Origin: an uncultured Gemmatimonadaceae bacterium
GTDB taxonomy: Bacteria; Gemmatimonadota; Gemmatimonadetes; Gemmatimonadales; Gemmatimonadaceae
Reading direction: 5' to 3'
NCBI GenBank assembly: GCA_963790305.1
Contig: CAWBOC010000010.1
Coordinates: forward strand, 288,001-352,000
Length of the DNA stretch: 64,000 nucleotides
Shown one piece after another: positions 19,444-29,900 of the stretch (the stretch's first letter is position 1; every line of letters starts with the position of its first letter). A model generated the notes under the pieces. It had not been told where the DNA came from, searched no databases, and was given only the letters and a program-made list of their open reading frames with translations. Position numbers and translations under genes: made by a program.

Positions 19444-19943
19444 GACTGCCGCTCCTCCTCGGCGCGGGCGACGTTCCAGCGGGCGGTGTCGCAGACGAAC
19501 TGCACGGCGCGGTGCGCGACCGTGCCCTTGGGCGATCCGCTCAGAAAGTAGCCGCCGAGCCTAACGATGGCGCGGTCGTCGCCGGCGCGGGCGACGCCAC
19601 GGTAGGTGACGAGCAAGGTCGGCATGTCTCCGTAGTCCTCGGCGATAGAATCCAGACGCGCCAGAACGCGCCGCCGCAACGTCGTGTCGGCGGGGAAGAC
19701 GTACGTCGGACCGTAGTTCTGCAGACGCGCTTCCGCTCGACTCGGCAGGGCGGAATCGGTGCCCGACGCGATGAGGAATCGCCGGGGCTTGGGTGCGACG
19801 CTCTTGACGTACACATCGACCGCCGGCGCCACGAGCGCCGTGGTCGGGTCGGCACAGGGTCCGAGGAACCGTGCGTTATCGCGCGGCTCCTGTTTGCAGG
19901 CGGTGAGGAGGAGGGCGAGAGCGAGAAGCCGAGGAGTCGTCAT
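19440..19943 (-). CDS. Hypothetical lipoprotein
   Basis: LTAC lipobox; its stop overlaps the next start. Confidence 0.7.
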   Translation of the reverse strand: MTTPRLLALALLLTACKQEPRDNARFLGPCADPTTALVAPAVDVYVKSVAPKPRRFLIASGTDSALPSRAEARLQNYGPTYVFPADTTLRRRVLARLDSIAEDYGDMPTLLVTYRGVARAGDDRAIVRLGGYFLSGSPKGTVAHRAVQFVCDTARWNVARAEEERQS

Positions 19944-20007
19944 GCCGGTGATTGTCGCATGAGGGGTGGGGTTTGTCGAGGCGTGTCTCGAGCACCTTTG
20001 AATGAGC

Positions 20008-20832
20008 CTACCTTGCCTCCTCGACCTTCGCCCACCGGAAGAACATCACCGTCGCCACGCCGATCAGGATGAAGGTGCCCGGGATCCACATGATCAGACC
20101 GCCCACCAGCTGATCTTCGTGCGGCGAGAGCGCCACGATACGTGGCGCGGCCTCGTAGGCGGGATACAGCACTTCATCGGCGTATGTGATCATGAGCCCG
20201 ATCACGTTCATCGGAATCATCAGCAGCAGCACGTACAGCAACCGCATCGCGTGCGAGAGTCGCGGCAGCTCGGGGAGTGGGCTCAGCAGTGGCCACCACA
20301 CCAGCGTTGCCGTCACGAGAAAGAACAGGTGCTGCACGATGTGCACGCCGTGGTGGGCCATCGCCAGGTTGTAGAGCGGCGGAAGGTGCCACGCCAGCAT
20401 GGTGACGTTGAACAGCGCGTAGGCGAGAGCGGGGCGGGTGAGCGCGCGTGCGACGCGCGCGATCGTCGGGGATCGAAGCGCGGGGCGAAGCATCCAGCCC
20501 GGCGTTCCGACGATGAGCAGCGGAACCACGATCATGGTGAGCAGAAGGTGCTGCACCATGTGCGCGGAGAAGAGATAGCTGTCGCTCAGGTCGTGAAGCG
20601 GTCCGTTGAGCGAGAGGAAGAGGAGGGCGAGGCCGGCGAAGAAAGACGAAGGCGCTAAAGGCGCTAGAGGCGCTAAAGGCGCCAGAGGGTCTTCGCCTTT
20701 AGCGCCTCTAGCGCTTCTAGCGCTTCTAGCGCCTCTGACGTAGAGCAGCCCCAGCGCGCCAATCCCGACCACCGTGCTCCAGTGGATGCTGAATCGCGCG
20801 AGATCGAGCGGCGCGTCGGGGTGCAGCAGCAA
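20008..20832 (-). CDS. ctaG: caa3-type cytochrome c oxidase assembly factor, with repeat-derived loop
   Basis: LFSAHMVQHLLL, WHLP and DQLVGGLIMWIPG; at the end of the cta operon. Confidence 0.9.
   Translation of the reverse strand: MLLHPDAPLDLARFSIHWSTVVGIGALGLLYVRGARSARSARGAKGEDPLAPLAPLAPLAPSSFFAGLALLFLSLNGPLHDLSDSYLFSAHMVQHLLLTMIVVPLLIVGTPGWMLRPALRSPTIARVARALTRPALAYALFNVTMLAWHLPPLYNLAMAHHGVHIVQHLFFLVTATLVWWPLLSPLPELPRLSHAMRLLYVLLLMIPMNVIGLMITYADEVLYPAYEAAPRIVALSPHEDQLVGGLIMWIPGTFILIGVATVMFFRWAKVEEAR
20650..20734. repeat. (GGCGCTARA)n hairpin element in-frame within ctaG
   Basis: Four units per arm, encoding GARSARSARGAKGEDPLAPLAPLAPLAP. Confidence 0.85.
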
Positions 20833-20844
20833 CGGGACCCGGCG

Positions 20845-21201
20845 CTAGGCGCGGACGGCGATCTGTCCGAACAGGAAGAGCAGCGCGACGATGACGGTCA
20901 GGGCGATCAACAACGGGAAAACGAACAGCGCCTGGAAGAGCTTGGCGTCGTACTTCAGGTGCATGTAGAAGGCGACGACGATGGCGAACTTCGCCGCCGA
21001 CAGCACGAGCAGCACTGGCACGAACGCCCGTGAGGCGACGAAGCTGGGGATGTAATAGATCCAGACCTCGACGACGGTGACGACGAAGAGGATCAACGCC
21101 ACCCACTTGTACGTCTTCCACGTCGGATGCTTGTGCTCTTCGGCGTGGGCATTGCCGTGCGTGTCGTACGTCGTCTGCGAGTGCGGATGATCGGCAGCCA
21201 T
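20845..21201 (-). CDS. ctaF: Cytochrome c oxidase subunit IV family
   Basis: Three transmembrane helices, KF..V..FYMHLKYD and operon position. Confidence 0.85.
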   Translation of the reverse strand: MAADHPHSQTTYDTHGNAHAEEHKHPTWKTYKWVALILFVVTVVEVWIYYIPSFVASRAFVPVLLVLSAAKFAIVVAFYMHLKYDAKLFQALFVFPLLIALTVIVALLFLFGQIAVRA

Positions 21202-21204
21202 GGG

Positions 21205-21837
21205 TTACTGGATGAGGTAGATGAGCGTGAAGATCGCGATCCAGACGACGTCCACGAAGTGCCAGTAGAGCGCGCACAGATCGACGTTGATCGCATCCGC
21301 CGGCCTGAGGCCGCGCCTGAGATCGATGAAGAGCAGCGTGATCAGCCAGATGACGCCGGCGGTCACGTGCGCCCCGTGGAAGCCGGTGAGGATGAAGAAC
21401 GACGACCCGAAGAGGTTCGTTCGAGGGGTGAGCCCTTCGTGCACGAACGATGTGAACTCGAACGCCTGGAATCCGAGGAAAGTCGCGCCCGCCAGCGCAG
21501 TGGCGGCGAGCCAGATCTTCGAGTATTTGCGGTCTCCGCGAACTACCGACGCATGCGCGAGCACCATGAACAGCGACGACATGAGCAACACGAACGTCGA
21601 CGCCGAGGTGACCGGAATGTCGAGGATGGGGGGTAGCGTCTGACCCGTGGCGGGATTGGTCCACGCCTCGTGCGGAAACGGCCCGACGACCGACCGGCCC
21701 TTGTAGATCAGGTAGGTCGAGATGAGCGAGCCGAAGAACAGACACTCGGACCCGATGAACGCCCAGATGGCGATCTTCCGGTGATCGAGGCCGGTGGTCG
21801 TGTAGTGGTGGCCGTGCTCGTGGGGAATGGCAGTCAT
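21205..21837 (-). CDS. ctaE: Cytochrome c oxidase subunit III
   Basis: FIGSECLFFG, LTGFHGAHV and LYWHFVDVVW. Confidence 0.93.
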   Translation of the reverse strand: MTAIPHEHGHHYTTTGLDHRKIAIWAFIGSECLFFGSLISTYLIYKGRSVVGPFPHEAWTNPATGQTLPPILDIPVTSASTFVLLMSSLFMVLAHASVVRGDRKYSKIWLAATALAGATFLGFQAFEFTSFVHEGLTPRTNLFGSSFFILTGFHGAHVTAGVIWLITLLFIDLRRGLRPADAINVDLCALYWHFVDVVWIAIFTLIYLIQ

Positions 21838-21840
21838 TTT

Positions 21841-21938
21841 CTAAAGGGCGCTAGAGGCGCTAGAGGCGCTAGAGGCGCTAAAGGGAGGGGGCATTCAGCG
21901 CCCAGCGCCTTTAGCGCCTCTAGCGCTTTTAGCGCTAG
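21841..21938. repeat. (GGCGCTARA)n hairpin element filling the ctaD-ctaE gap
   Basis: About 4 units per arm; the ctaD TAG stop lies in the outer unit. Confidence 0.85.
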
Positions 21939-23905
21939 TGATGTTCCGGCTCCAACGGACTCAACAACCACGCGTACAGCGAGACGACGAAGAACGCCAC
22001 GCCGCCCAACAGAATCGGGAGCCACAGCGACTGATAGTTCGCGTTGTTTTTCAGGATGAGGCCAATGAACATCACCGTTAGGCCGATCGAGGCCAGCAAC
22101 GGCTTGATCGTCGGCGTGGGCATCGCGATGCCGAGCTCGTTGGCGGAGGGATGCGCCGCCTCGCTCGCCATGTACGTGTCCGAGGGTCCCTTGAACGACG
22201 CATGGGTCTCCTTGCCGCCCACGCTGACGTCGGTGCGCTTCTCGCCCTCGGGCGTGTGCGGCACGTCGGCCGTGAGCTCAGGGGACTTGGCGTCCCACAG
22301 CGGGTAGCGGGAGGTGATCGTCGGAATCACCGCGTAGTTGTATTCGGGCGGCGGCGAAGGAATCGACCACTCCACCGTTGCGGCGCCCCATGGATCGCGG
22401 CCCGCGATCGCTCCCGAGCGGCGACTCTTCACGAAGTTCCAGACAAACACCAGCGTGGCGATCGTCAGCACGTAGGCGCCCCACGTCGCCACGAGGTTCT
22501 CGAGATCCCATCCCTGATTGGCCTGATACTGATAGATGCGGCGCGGCATCCCGTTCAGGCCGGCGAAGTGCATCGGGAAGAACGTCAGATTCATGCCGAT
22601 GAACGTCAGCCAGAAGTGGATTTTCCCGAGCCGCTCATCCATCACGCGACCGGTGATCTTCGGGTAGAAGAAATACGTCCCGGCGAAGATGCCCATCATC
22701 GATCCACCGAACAGCACGTAGTGGAAGTGCGCGACGATGAAGTACGTGTCCGTCTGCTGCAGATCGGCCGGTGGCGACGAGTGCATGATGCCGGAGATGC
22801 CGCCGATCGTGAACAGGGCGATCAGCCCGATCGCGAACAGCATCGACGTCGTGAATCGCAACGACCCGCCGTGCATGGTCGCGAGCCAGTTGAAGATCTT
22901 CACACCGGTCGGGATCGCGATGAGCATCGTCGTCACGCCGAACACCGAGTCGGCGATCGGCCCCATGCCGACGGCGAACATGTGATGTGCCCACACGCCG
23001 AACCCGAGGAAGCCGATGAGGATGCCGGAGTACACCATCACCGGATATCCGAACAGCGGCTTGCGCGAGAAGACCGGCAAGACCTCGGACACCAGCCCAA
23101 ACGCGGGCAGGATCAGGATGTAGACCTCGGGGTGCCCGAACAGCCAGAAGAGGTGCTGCCAGAGCAGGGGATCGGCGCCGGCGGTGATCGTGTAGAAGTT
23201 GGTCCCGAAGAAGCGGTCGAGCATGAGGAACGTGACCGCGACCGTGATGATCGGGAACGCGAGGATGAGCAGGAACTGCGTGACGAACGACATCCAGGTG
23301 AAGATCGGCATGCGCATGAAGTGCATGCCGGGCGCCCGGAGGTTGATGATCGTGGTGACGAAGTTGAAGCCCGCCGCCAGCGACGACAGCCCGAGGATCT
23401 GCAGGCCGATGAGCCAGAAATCGATGTTCAGACCGGGAGAGAACTGCCGCGTCGTCAGCGGCGCGTATCCGAACCATCCGCCGTCGGGCGCCGCGCCAAA
23501 GAGCCATCCGGCATTCATGAACAGCGCGCCTAACAGGAACACCCAGTAGCTGAACGCGTTGAGGCGCGGGAACGCGACGTCGCGCGCGCCGATCTGCAGC
23601 GGAATGAGATAGTTGAAGAACGCGGCGCCCATCGGCATGATCACGAGGAAGATCATGGTGGTGCCGTGCATCGTGAACAGCTGATTGTACGTCTCCGCCG
23701 ACACGAGTGTCCCGTTCGGCCCCTTCAGCTGCTGACGAATGATGAGCGCTTCGAGCCCGCCGATCAGGAAGAAGGTCAGCGCCGTGTAGAGGTAGAGCTG
23801 GCCGATCTTCTTGTGATCGACCGTGGCGAGCCAGCTCCAGAGCCCGCGCTCGTACTTGGTATGGGGAACGGCGTATCGTGGCGGTGCCGCGACGGTCGTT
23901 GCCAT
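21935..23905 (-). CDS. ctaD: Cytochrome c oxidase subunit I (A1 type)
   Basis: DHKKIG, FTMHG, GHPEVY, WAHH and AHFHY. Confidence 0.97.
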   Translation of the reverse strand: MATTVAAPPRYAVPHTKYERGLWSWLATVDHKKIGQLYLYTALTFFLIGGLEALIIRQQLKGPNGTLVSAETYNQLFTMHGTTMIFLVIMPMGAAFFNYLIPLQIGARDVAFPRLNAFSYWVFLLGALFMNAGWLFGAAPDGGWFGYAPLTTRQFSPGLNIDFWLIGLQILGLSSLAAGFNFVTTIINLRAPGMHFMRMPIFTWMSFVTQFLLILAFPIITVAVTFLMLDRFFGTNFYTITAGADPLLWQHLFWLFGHPEVYILILPAFGLVSEVLPVFSRKPLFGYPVMVYSGILIGFLGFGVWAHHMFAVGMGPIADSVFGVTTMLIAIPTGVKIFNWLATMHGGSLRFTTSMLFAIGLIALFTIGGISGIMHSSPPADLQQTDTYFIVAHFHYVLFGGSMMGIFAGTYFFYPKITGRVMDERLGKIHFWLTFIGMNLTFFPMHFAGLNGMPRRIYQYQANQGWDLENLVATWGAYVLTIATLVFVWNFVKSRRSGAIAGRDPWGAATVEWSIPSPPPEYNYAVIPTITSRYPLWDAKSPELTADVPHTPEGEKRTDVSVGGKETHASFKGPSDTYMASEAAHPSANELGIAMPTPTIKPLLASIGLTVMFIGLILKNNANYQSLWLPILLGGVAFFVVSLYAWLLSPLEPEHH

Positions 23906-23918
23906 GCAGAATCTCCGA

Positions 23919-25127
23919 TTACTTCAGTGACAGGAGGTAGGCCGCGAGGTCCGCGAGCTGCTGGTCGTCATAGCCGGCCGGCATCGTTGGGCTCTTGCCA
24001 AAGGCCGGCATGAGGCTCCCCGGCTTCATCGCGGGCGAGTTCTTGATCCACAGCGCCACGTGTCTGGCGTCGTTCGGGAACAGCCCGGAGCCGAGGGATG
24101 TGCGCGAGCCGAAGTGCGTGAGGTTGGGTCCCACGATTCCCGCCGACACGCCCTGAACGACGTGACACGCGATGCACGGCGCCGTTCGATACAGTTGAGC
24201 GCCGCGCGCGGGATCACCGGTGACGTCGCCGATCGTCAGGCTCCTCGGCACCGGATTGTACGATGCGGCGTAGAGCGGGAGCCTCTCGGCGGGGAACGTC
24301 GGCAGCGACCCGGCCGTCTGCGGCTGGGCCGGTGGTGCGGATGCCTGCGCCGCGGGAGCGCCGGTGTCGGCTGGCGCGGTCGGCGTCGGCGCAGGCATGA
24401 AGACGGGCCCGGCCTTTTGATGGTTCGTCCACGCCTCGAACTGGTCCGGCGCCACGACGAACGTCTTGAAGCGCATGTTCGCGTGCGACGTCCCGCAATA
24501 TTCGACGCAGAGGCCATTCCACACGTACGTCGACTCCGGAGTGAACCAGAGGTGGTTCGTGCGATTGGTGATCAGATCGCGCTTGCCGCCCAGCTGTGGG
24601 ACCCAGAAGGAGTGCAGCACGTCCTGCGTCTTCAGGACGAAATTCGCCGTCCGGCCCACCGGCAGATACAGCTCGTTCGCCGTGACAACCCCATACTGCG
24701 GGTAGCGGAACTCCCACCACCACTGATGTCCGATCACTTCGACCGTGAGGCTGCCCTGCGGAGCGTTGGCCTGCGTGACGAAAATCGTCTTCACGGTGGG
24801 CACGGCGATGATCGCCAGAATGACCGCCGGTGCGAGCGTCCAGGCGATTTCGAGCGTTGTGTTGCCGTGCACGTGCCTCGGCGCCGGCTGTCCTTCGCGG
24901 CGACGATAGCGAACCACGACGTAGATGAGGAACGCTTCGACGAGGATGAAGACGATCGTTCCCCAGAGCAGCAGGGTGTCCCACAGGTCGTCGATCGCCC
25001 GGCCGAACTCAGTCTTCGGCTCTAGCGTGGTGTTGGGAACGGTGGTGCTGCAGGCCGCGAGGCCTACGACGATCACGGCCGTCAGCGCGGCAATGGCAAG
25101 CCGGCGCGTGCGGTAGTGAGAGGTCAT
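23919..25127 (-). CDS. ctaC: Cytochrome c oxidase subunit II with fused cytochrome c (caa3 type)
   Basis: Lipobox, QWWW, DVLHSFW, CVEYCGTSHANM CuA motif and C-terminal CIACH. Confidence 0.95.
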   Translation of the reverse strand: MTSHYRTRRLAIAALTAVIVVGLAACSTTVPNTTLEPKTEFGRAIDDLWDTLLLWGTIVFILVEAFLIYVVVRYRRREGQPAPRHVHGNTTLEIAWTLAPAVILAIIAVPTVKTIFVTQANAPQGSLTVEVIGHQWWWEFRYPQYGVVTANELYLPVGRTANFVLKTQDVLHSFWVPQLGGKRDLITNRTNHLWFTPESTYVWNGLCVEYCGTSHANMRFKTFVVAPDQFEAWTNHQKAGPVFMPAPTPTAPADTGAPAAQASAPPAQPQTAGSLPTFPAERLPLYAASYNPVPRSLTIGDVTGDPARGAQLYRTAPCIACHVVQGVSAGIVGPNLTHFGSRTSLGSGLFPNDARHVALWIKNSPAMKPGSLMPAFGKSPTMPAGYDDQQLADLAAYLLSLK

Positions 25128-25230
25128 CCCGATTCCTGTAGGCGTTCGTAGAGCGGGCGCGAGTGCGATGCGCTCTCGAATGAGCGCGCAGGCGGAAGGT
25201 ATGAGAGGCGTGGGGGAGAATCAACCCACG

Positions 25231-25338
25231 CAGGAGTCAGTGGTCAGGAGTCAGGAGTCAGGGAAATTCCACGTCGAGTTTCTTGCTCAATCGCTTGGAA
25301 TTTCCCTCACTCCTGATCCCGGACTCCTGACTCCTCAT
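25231..25338. repeat. (TCAGGAG)n hairpin element with a different core
   Basis: Heptamer arms and an inner GGGAAATTCCA/TGGAATTTCCC stem; overlaps the 3' end of the 25307 gene. Confidence 0.8.
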
Positions 25339-25696
25339 CCGTCTCCACCGCGTGCTGTTCGTACACCTTGTTGGTCGCGATCTCCAGCGCCGAGCGGAGC
25401 TGTCCCACTCCTTCACGAAGGGCCGCAACCTTACGCTGCTCGTTCCCGCCGCGCGTGGCGACGAGGATCAGGCCTGACACCTGGTCGGCGAGAAACGTGT
25501 ACTGAACCTTCAACATTCCGACGAGCGGGGTGGCCGCCCGGCGGAGCTGCTGTCCGAACGGGGCCGTCGGCTGCTGAAGCTTGTGCGCCATCGCCATCTT
25601 TTCGACGATCCCGTGCAGCCGCTGCAGGTGCGTCGCGGCGTCTTCCAGGGTGTGCATCAGCTGCGTGCCAATGCCGGTGAGCTGGGTTCGGGCCAA
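25307..25696 (-). CDS. Hypothetical helical protein
   Basis: TTG start with a GGAGG ribosome-binding site; amphipathic helical composition. Confidence 0.7.
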   Translation of the reverse strand: MARTQLTGIGTQLMHTLEDAATHLQRLHGIVEKMAMAHKLQQPTAPFGQQLRRAATPLVGMLKVQYTFLADQVSGLILVATRGGNEQRKVAALREGVGQLRSALEIATNKVYEQHAVETDEESGVRDQE

Positions 25697-25707
25697 AGGA
25701 CCTCCAG

Positions 25708-25806
25708 CGAATGCGGAATTCGGAATACGGATTCAGGAACGCTACGCGGCTTTCCCGAGAGTGGCTTTCCGGCGTCACGGACTCCGCGTTCCGTATTCCG
25801 CGTTCG
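25708..25806. repeat. (GAATGCG)n hairpin element
   Basis: CGAATGCGGAATTCGGAATACGGA pairs with TCCGCGTTCCGTATTCCGCGTTCG. Confidence 0.8.
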
Positions 25807-25810
25807 AGCC

Positions 25811-26875
25811 CTACTTCACCTTCTCGAGCCTCTTGTTCGGCCGAAACTCACGACCGACCTTCGCCTCGGGCTTTCCTTCTACGAGGACGATGTCAGCGGT
25901 GAAGTCGAAACGGCCGGCGAAGAGCGAGGATCCCACGCCGTAGGCATCCACCGGTACCAGCTGCTCTTCGAAGAATCGGATCTTCTCGGAGGTGAAGCCG
26001 CCGGACACGACGATCTTCACATGACCGAAGCCTTCGGTGTCGAGCGCGTTCCGGACGTTCCACACCAGGTGCGGATTGACCCCCGTCGGCCGGAAGGAGC
26101 CCATCACCGGAATGATCGACTTGTCGACCAGGTTCTCCGACGTGTCGATCCGCACACCCCAGAGGCGGTCGCCGAGGCCCCGCGCGATCTCCAGGCTGGT
26201 CGCCACACAATCGTTGTCATAATCAACGAGCGTGATGATCTGCACTTCGGGATCCATGTACTCGGCGAACTTCTGCGTCGCGAGCGTCGTGTCGCCGTGG
26301 TAGGCGGCGATGAGCGCGTGCGGGACCGTACCAATGCCTGACGAGCCCCACCAGCTGGCCTGCGCGTCGGTGGACACCCCAATGGCACCGGCGATGTGCG
26401 CCGCGTACCCGTCGCCCGTCTGCACCAGCCAGTGATCGTGACGCGCGGGAAAGAACATGACCTGCTTCGGACGCGCCGCCTCGACCACCGCCCGCACGTT
26501 GGTCCCGACGCGCGTCCGGCGCGCGAGAACGCCCAGGTAGAGCGTCTCGAGATGCGCGAAAGCATCATACGGGCCTTCGATCAGCATCACCGTCTCCCAG
26601 GGCTCGATGCGGTCGCCGTCGTACAGGGCAAGCACGTCGAGGGCGCTCCAGTCGTCGGCGCACAGCTTGAGAATGGCGATCGCCTCGTCCATTCCACCGA
26701 GAAACGCCTGGGACTTGCCGAAGACCTGCATCGTCACCCTCGGCGAATGACTGTCCGCGCGCAGGATTTCTCGTGCGCGAACGAAATATTTGTCGGAGTA
26801 GTAGCCCTGCCGCATCTTGTCGACCGGCAGGTTGAACACGGCGGGGTCGAGCCGCTTGCGTCGTCGTGGGGGCAT
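25811..26875 (-). CDS. pncB: Nicotinate phosphoribosyltransferase (type II PRTase, NadC-like fold)
   Basis: YYSDKYF, GTVPHALI, LVDYDND, GVRIDTS, IVVSGG and DAYGVGS. The ORF-track N-terminal extension is repeat-derived. Confidence 0.78.
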   Translation of the reverse strand: MPPRRRKRLDPAVFNLPVDKMRQGYYSDKYFVRAREILRADSHSPRVTMQVFGKSQAFLGGMDEAIAILKLCADDWSALDVLALYDGDRIEPWETVMLIEGPYDAFAHLETLYLGVLARRTRVGTNVRAVVEAARPKQVMFFPARHDHWLVQTGDGYAAHIAGAIGVSTDAQASWWGSSGIGTVPHALIAAYHGDTTLATQKFAEYMDPEVQIITLVDYDNDCVATSLEIARGLGDRLWGVRIDTSENLVDKSIIPVMGSFRPTGVNPHLVWNVRNALDTEGFGHVKIVVSGGFTSEKIRFFEEQLVPVDAYGVGSSLFAGRFDFTADIVLVEGKPEAKVGREFRPNKRLEKVK

Positions 26876-26911
26876 GGACTTTAGAGAAAGAAATGCGCTG
26901 CGGCGCGGTAC

Positions 26912-26975
26912 CGAATGCGGAATGCGGAATGCGGTGGCCTCAATTCCATAATCCGCATTCCGCATTCCGCATTCG
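26912..26975. repeat. (GAATGCG)n hairpin element
   Basis: CGAATGCGGAATGCGGAATGCGG pairs perfectly with CCGCATTCCGCATTCCGCATTCG. Confidence 0.88.
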
Positions 26976-26977
26976 AG

Positions 26978-29900
26978 TCACGGTACGCTCTGCGCCGGGG
27001 CGTCACGGAGTCGAATGATCCCTTCTCTCGCCACGCGCATCTGGTCGCGCAGCTCCGGCGCGGCCTCCTTCCAGATCCTGAGAAACTCCTCGTATGCGGC
27101 GATCGCGCGCTGCCGGTCGCCTAACTGCTCGTAGAGCTGTCCCCGCGCGAGGAAGCTGCGCGCGTACAGAGGCCACCGTGGGTCGGTGCCAAAGGCAAGC
27201 CCGAGGTCCTTCCGTTGGATCGACTCGTACACGTCAGCGGCGCGGCGTAAGTTACCGAGGCGCGCGAAGATCTCGGCCTGCGCGAATCGTGCGAAGCCAG
27301 ACCCGGCATCGCTCACGAGCCGAGCGGAATCGGGGGAGGGAAAGCGTGCCGCGATCGCGGCAGCGCGCGTGGTGTCGCCAGCGTCGAGCGCCATCAAGGC
27401 CTCGACCTCAGGCGGCACTCGCTTGGGCCCCCAGCGGCGCAGCGGCGCCACGTATGAGCTGTCATGGGTCGTCAGGTACGCCAGTAGAGCGAGGCCTCGC
27501 GCCTGTGCTTGAATGTTCGGAGCAGCTCCGGAGGTCATGCGATCGATCGCGGCAATCGAGGAGTCGAGGGTGCGACGGAGCTGCGGGGAGTCCATCCCGA
27601 GCGCGAGACGAGCCATTGCGCGCCACATAGCGGTGATCGACCGGGTCGACACATTCGCGCCAGGAAGCCTCGGCTCCACGCGAGCGACCAGATCGAGCAC
27701 GCGCTCGTGCTCCGGAAGCGCTCCGTGGAATGCGGCGACATTGGCGGCACCCATCAAGCTTGGCAGTCGACGGAAGCCTCCCGAAGCCACCAGCGAGTCT
27801 ACGCCGTAGGTGTCGAGCGCGGTGCGCAGTGTAGCTAGCGCGTCCGGCGAGCCGGCCAACATCTCGAGCGCGGCCAATGAGTACGGCATGTCTGGCGTGC
27901 GCACGTCCGGGCGCTCCATCGTCTGACGCAGCGCAAGCGCCGCGGAGTCGTAGTGGCCGGCGGCGGCATATCCATCGACGACAGCCGTGTGCGCCTGCGG
28001 CGCATCGGGGTCGAGGTAGCGCCAGTGTTTCGCCTGAACGAGCGCCAACTCCCTCGCCCGCGCGCGCGCCGCCTGCACCCGGTCGGCACCGACGGCACGC
28101 GCGGCCGAATCGTTCGGGATGAGAATCACGCTGTCGCCGACGACGACAATGGGGGATCCCGTCGTCCCGCCGATTTGGTACATCGACAGCTTGTGTGCGT
28201 ACGCGAGGTGAAAGGTCGAATCCAGCGCGAGCGTACGGTCGAAGGCGCGCAGCGCGCGCGTCCACTTGCGGCCGAGCTCCGGATCGAGCCCCTGACCTCC
28301 GGTGCCATGATGGAAATACGCGTCGGCCAACCCGTACCACGCTTCGGCATCGGTCGAGTCGCGCACGAGCAGCGACTCGTATCCGCGCTCGGCGGCGCTG
28401 AGGTAAGCCGACGCTCCCTCGACGTTCCCCTGCGTCTGTGCCGCCAGTCCCTGCGTGAGCTGCTGATAGCTCTCAATGAGCGAGCGCTCGCGTTGCGGTA
28501 GCCGTGTCGCGTGCCGTGCCGCCGCGCGCGCCAGGCGGACGTCGCTCGTGTCGCTGATCGTTCGGCGCCATCCTTGTGCGAGCGCGTTCTTGTAGTAGGC
28601 GAGCGCGAACGTGCTGTCCGCTTCCGTCGCGCGCCGGAACGCGCTATCCGCCTCCGCGAGCTGCCACCGGTTGAGCGCCTTCAGTCCATGCAGGTAGGCG
28701 CGATACGCTTCGAGTGACAATGTGGTCGTCCGCGCGAGCTCCGGCCGCATCGGCGGCGCACCGGCGAGGTCGAGAAGGTCACGCGCGACGGCGTCGAAGA
28801 GCGCGCGCGGGTCGGCAGTCACCGGTGCCCGGTGCTCCGCCGGATCGCCCACCCGCTTCCCACTCGCGACATCGTACGCGCGCGCCACGACCATCAAGGA
28901 GTCGCCGACGCGACTCACCTGTCCGAGCACGACCGTCCAGGCGCCCGCTTCACGCGCCATCTCGCGCGCGTCCTCGAGTCCGATGCGCGGCGCATTGTCG
29001 AGGTCGGCGTCGCGCAGCAGATCCAGGCTGCGCTCGTAGTCGACGACGTTGAGGTCGGTCCAGGAGGCAAGGTTGAGCGTCAGCATGTTGACGCTTCCTT
29101 CGCGGAGCCAGGCCAGCGCGGGATCGTTGCCTTGCACCTCGAATGGCGCCACGAAGATCGACTTGCGCCGATCGACGCCGGCCGGCGCTCCGCCGACGCT
29201 GCGAGCGAACCACACCCCGGCCGCGATCAGCGCCACCGCCGCGGTACCGGCCAGGATCGCCAGGCGACGCCGCGCGCGCGGCCCGCGCGCAACGGCCGCA
29301 TGGCCTTCCCTGCGCCCTTGCACTGCGTCACCGAGGGCAACCGCCATCGCTCCGGCGTCCGGCCACCGCTCGTTAGGGTCCTTGGCCACCGCCCGGTCAA
29401 TGGCATGGGCGAGTGCGGGTGGAACACCATCGGCGCGCGTGGCTACCGGCGGCGGGACCTCGGTGATCTGCTTCGCGATGACCGACACCGGGCTCGCGCC
29501 CGAGAACGTCGGCTCGCCGGCGAGCATCTCGTAGCCGATGAGCCCCAGAGAATAGATGTCGCTCCGCCCGTCGAGCTCGCGCTCGCCGGCTGCTTGTTCG
29601 GGACTCATGTACCGGGGCGAGCCGACGATGAGTCCCGTGCCGGTCATCCGGTCGTCGGTAGCCTCGAGCGCGCGGGCGACGCCGAAATCGGTGAGGTGCG
29701 CGGTGCCCGAGCGCGAATCGATGAGCACGTTCTCCGGCTTGATGTCCCGGTGAACCACGCCCTGCGCATGCGCATAGGCGAGCGCCTCGGCGAGGTCCCG
29801 CAGGACGACGGCCGCGCGCGCGGGAGACAGGCGCTTTTCACGGTCGAGCACATCGCGCAGGCTCTCCCCGTCGACGCACCGCATGATGAAGTAGAGCAGG

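Noticed and set aside
21834..22025. Small ORF with LAPLAP repeats (also 4896-5174, 12845-13174 and 32135-32566)
   Set aside because: They are read-throughs of repeat elements that overlap real genes.
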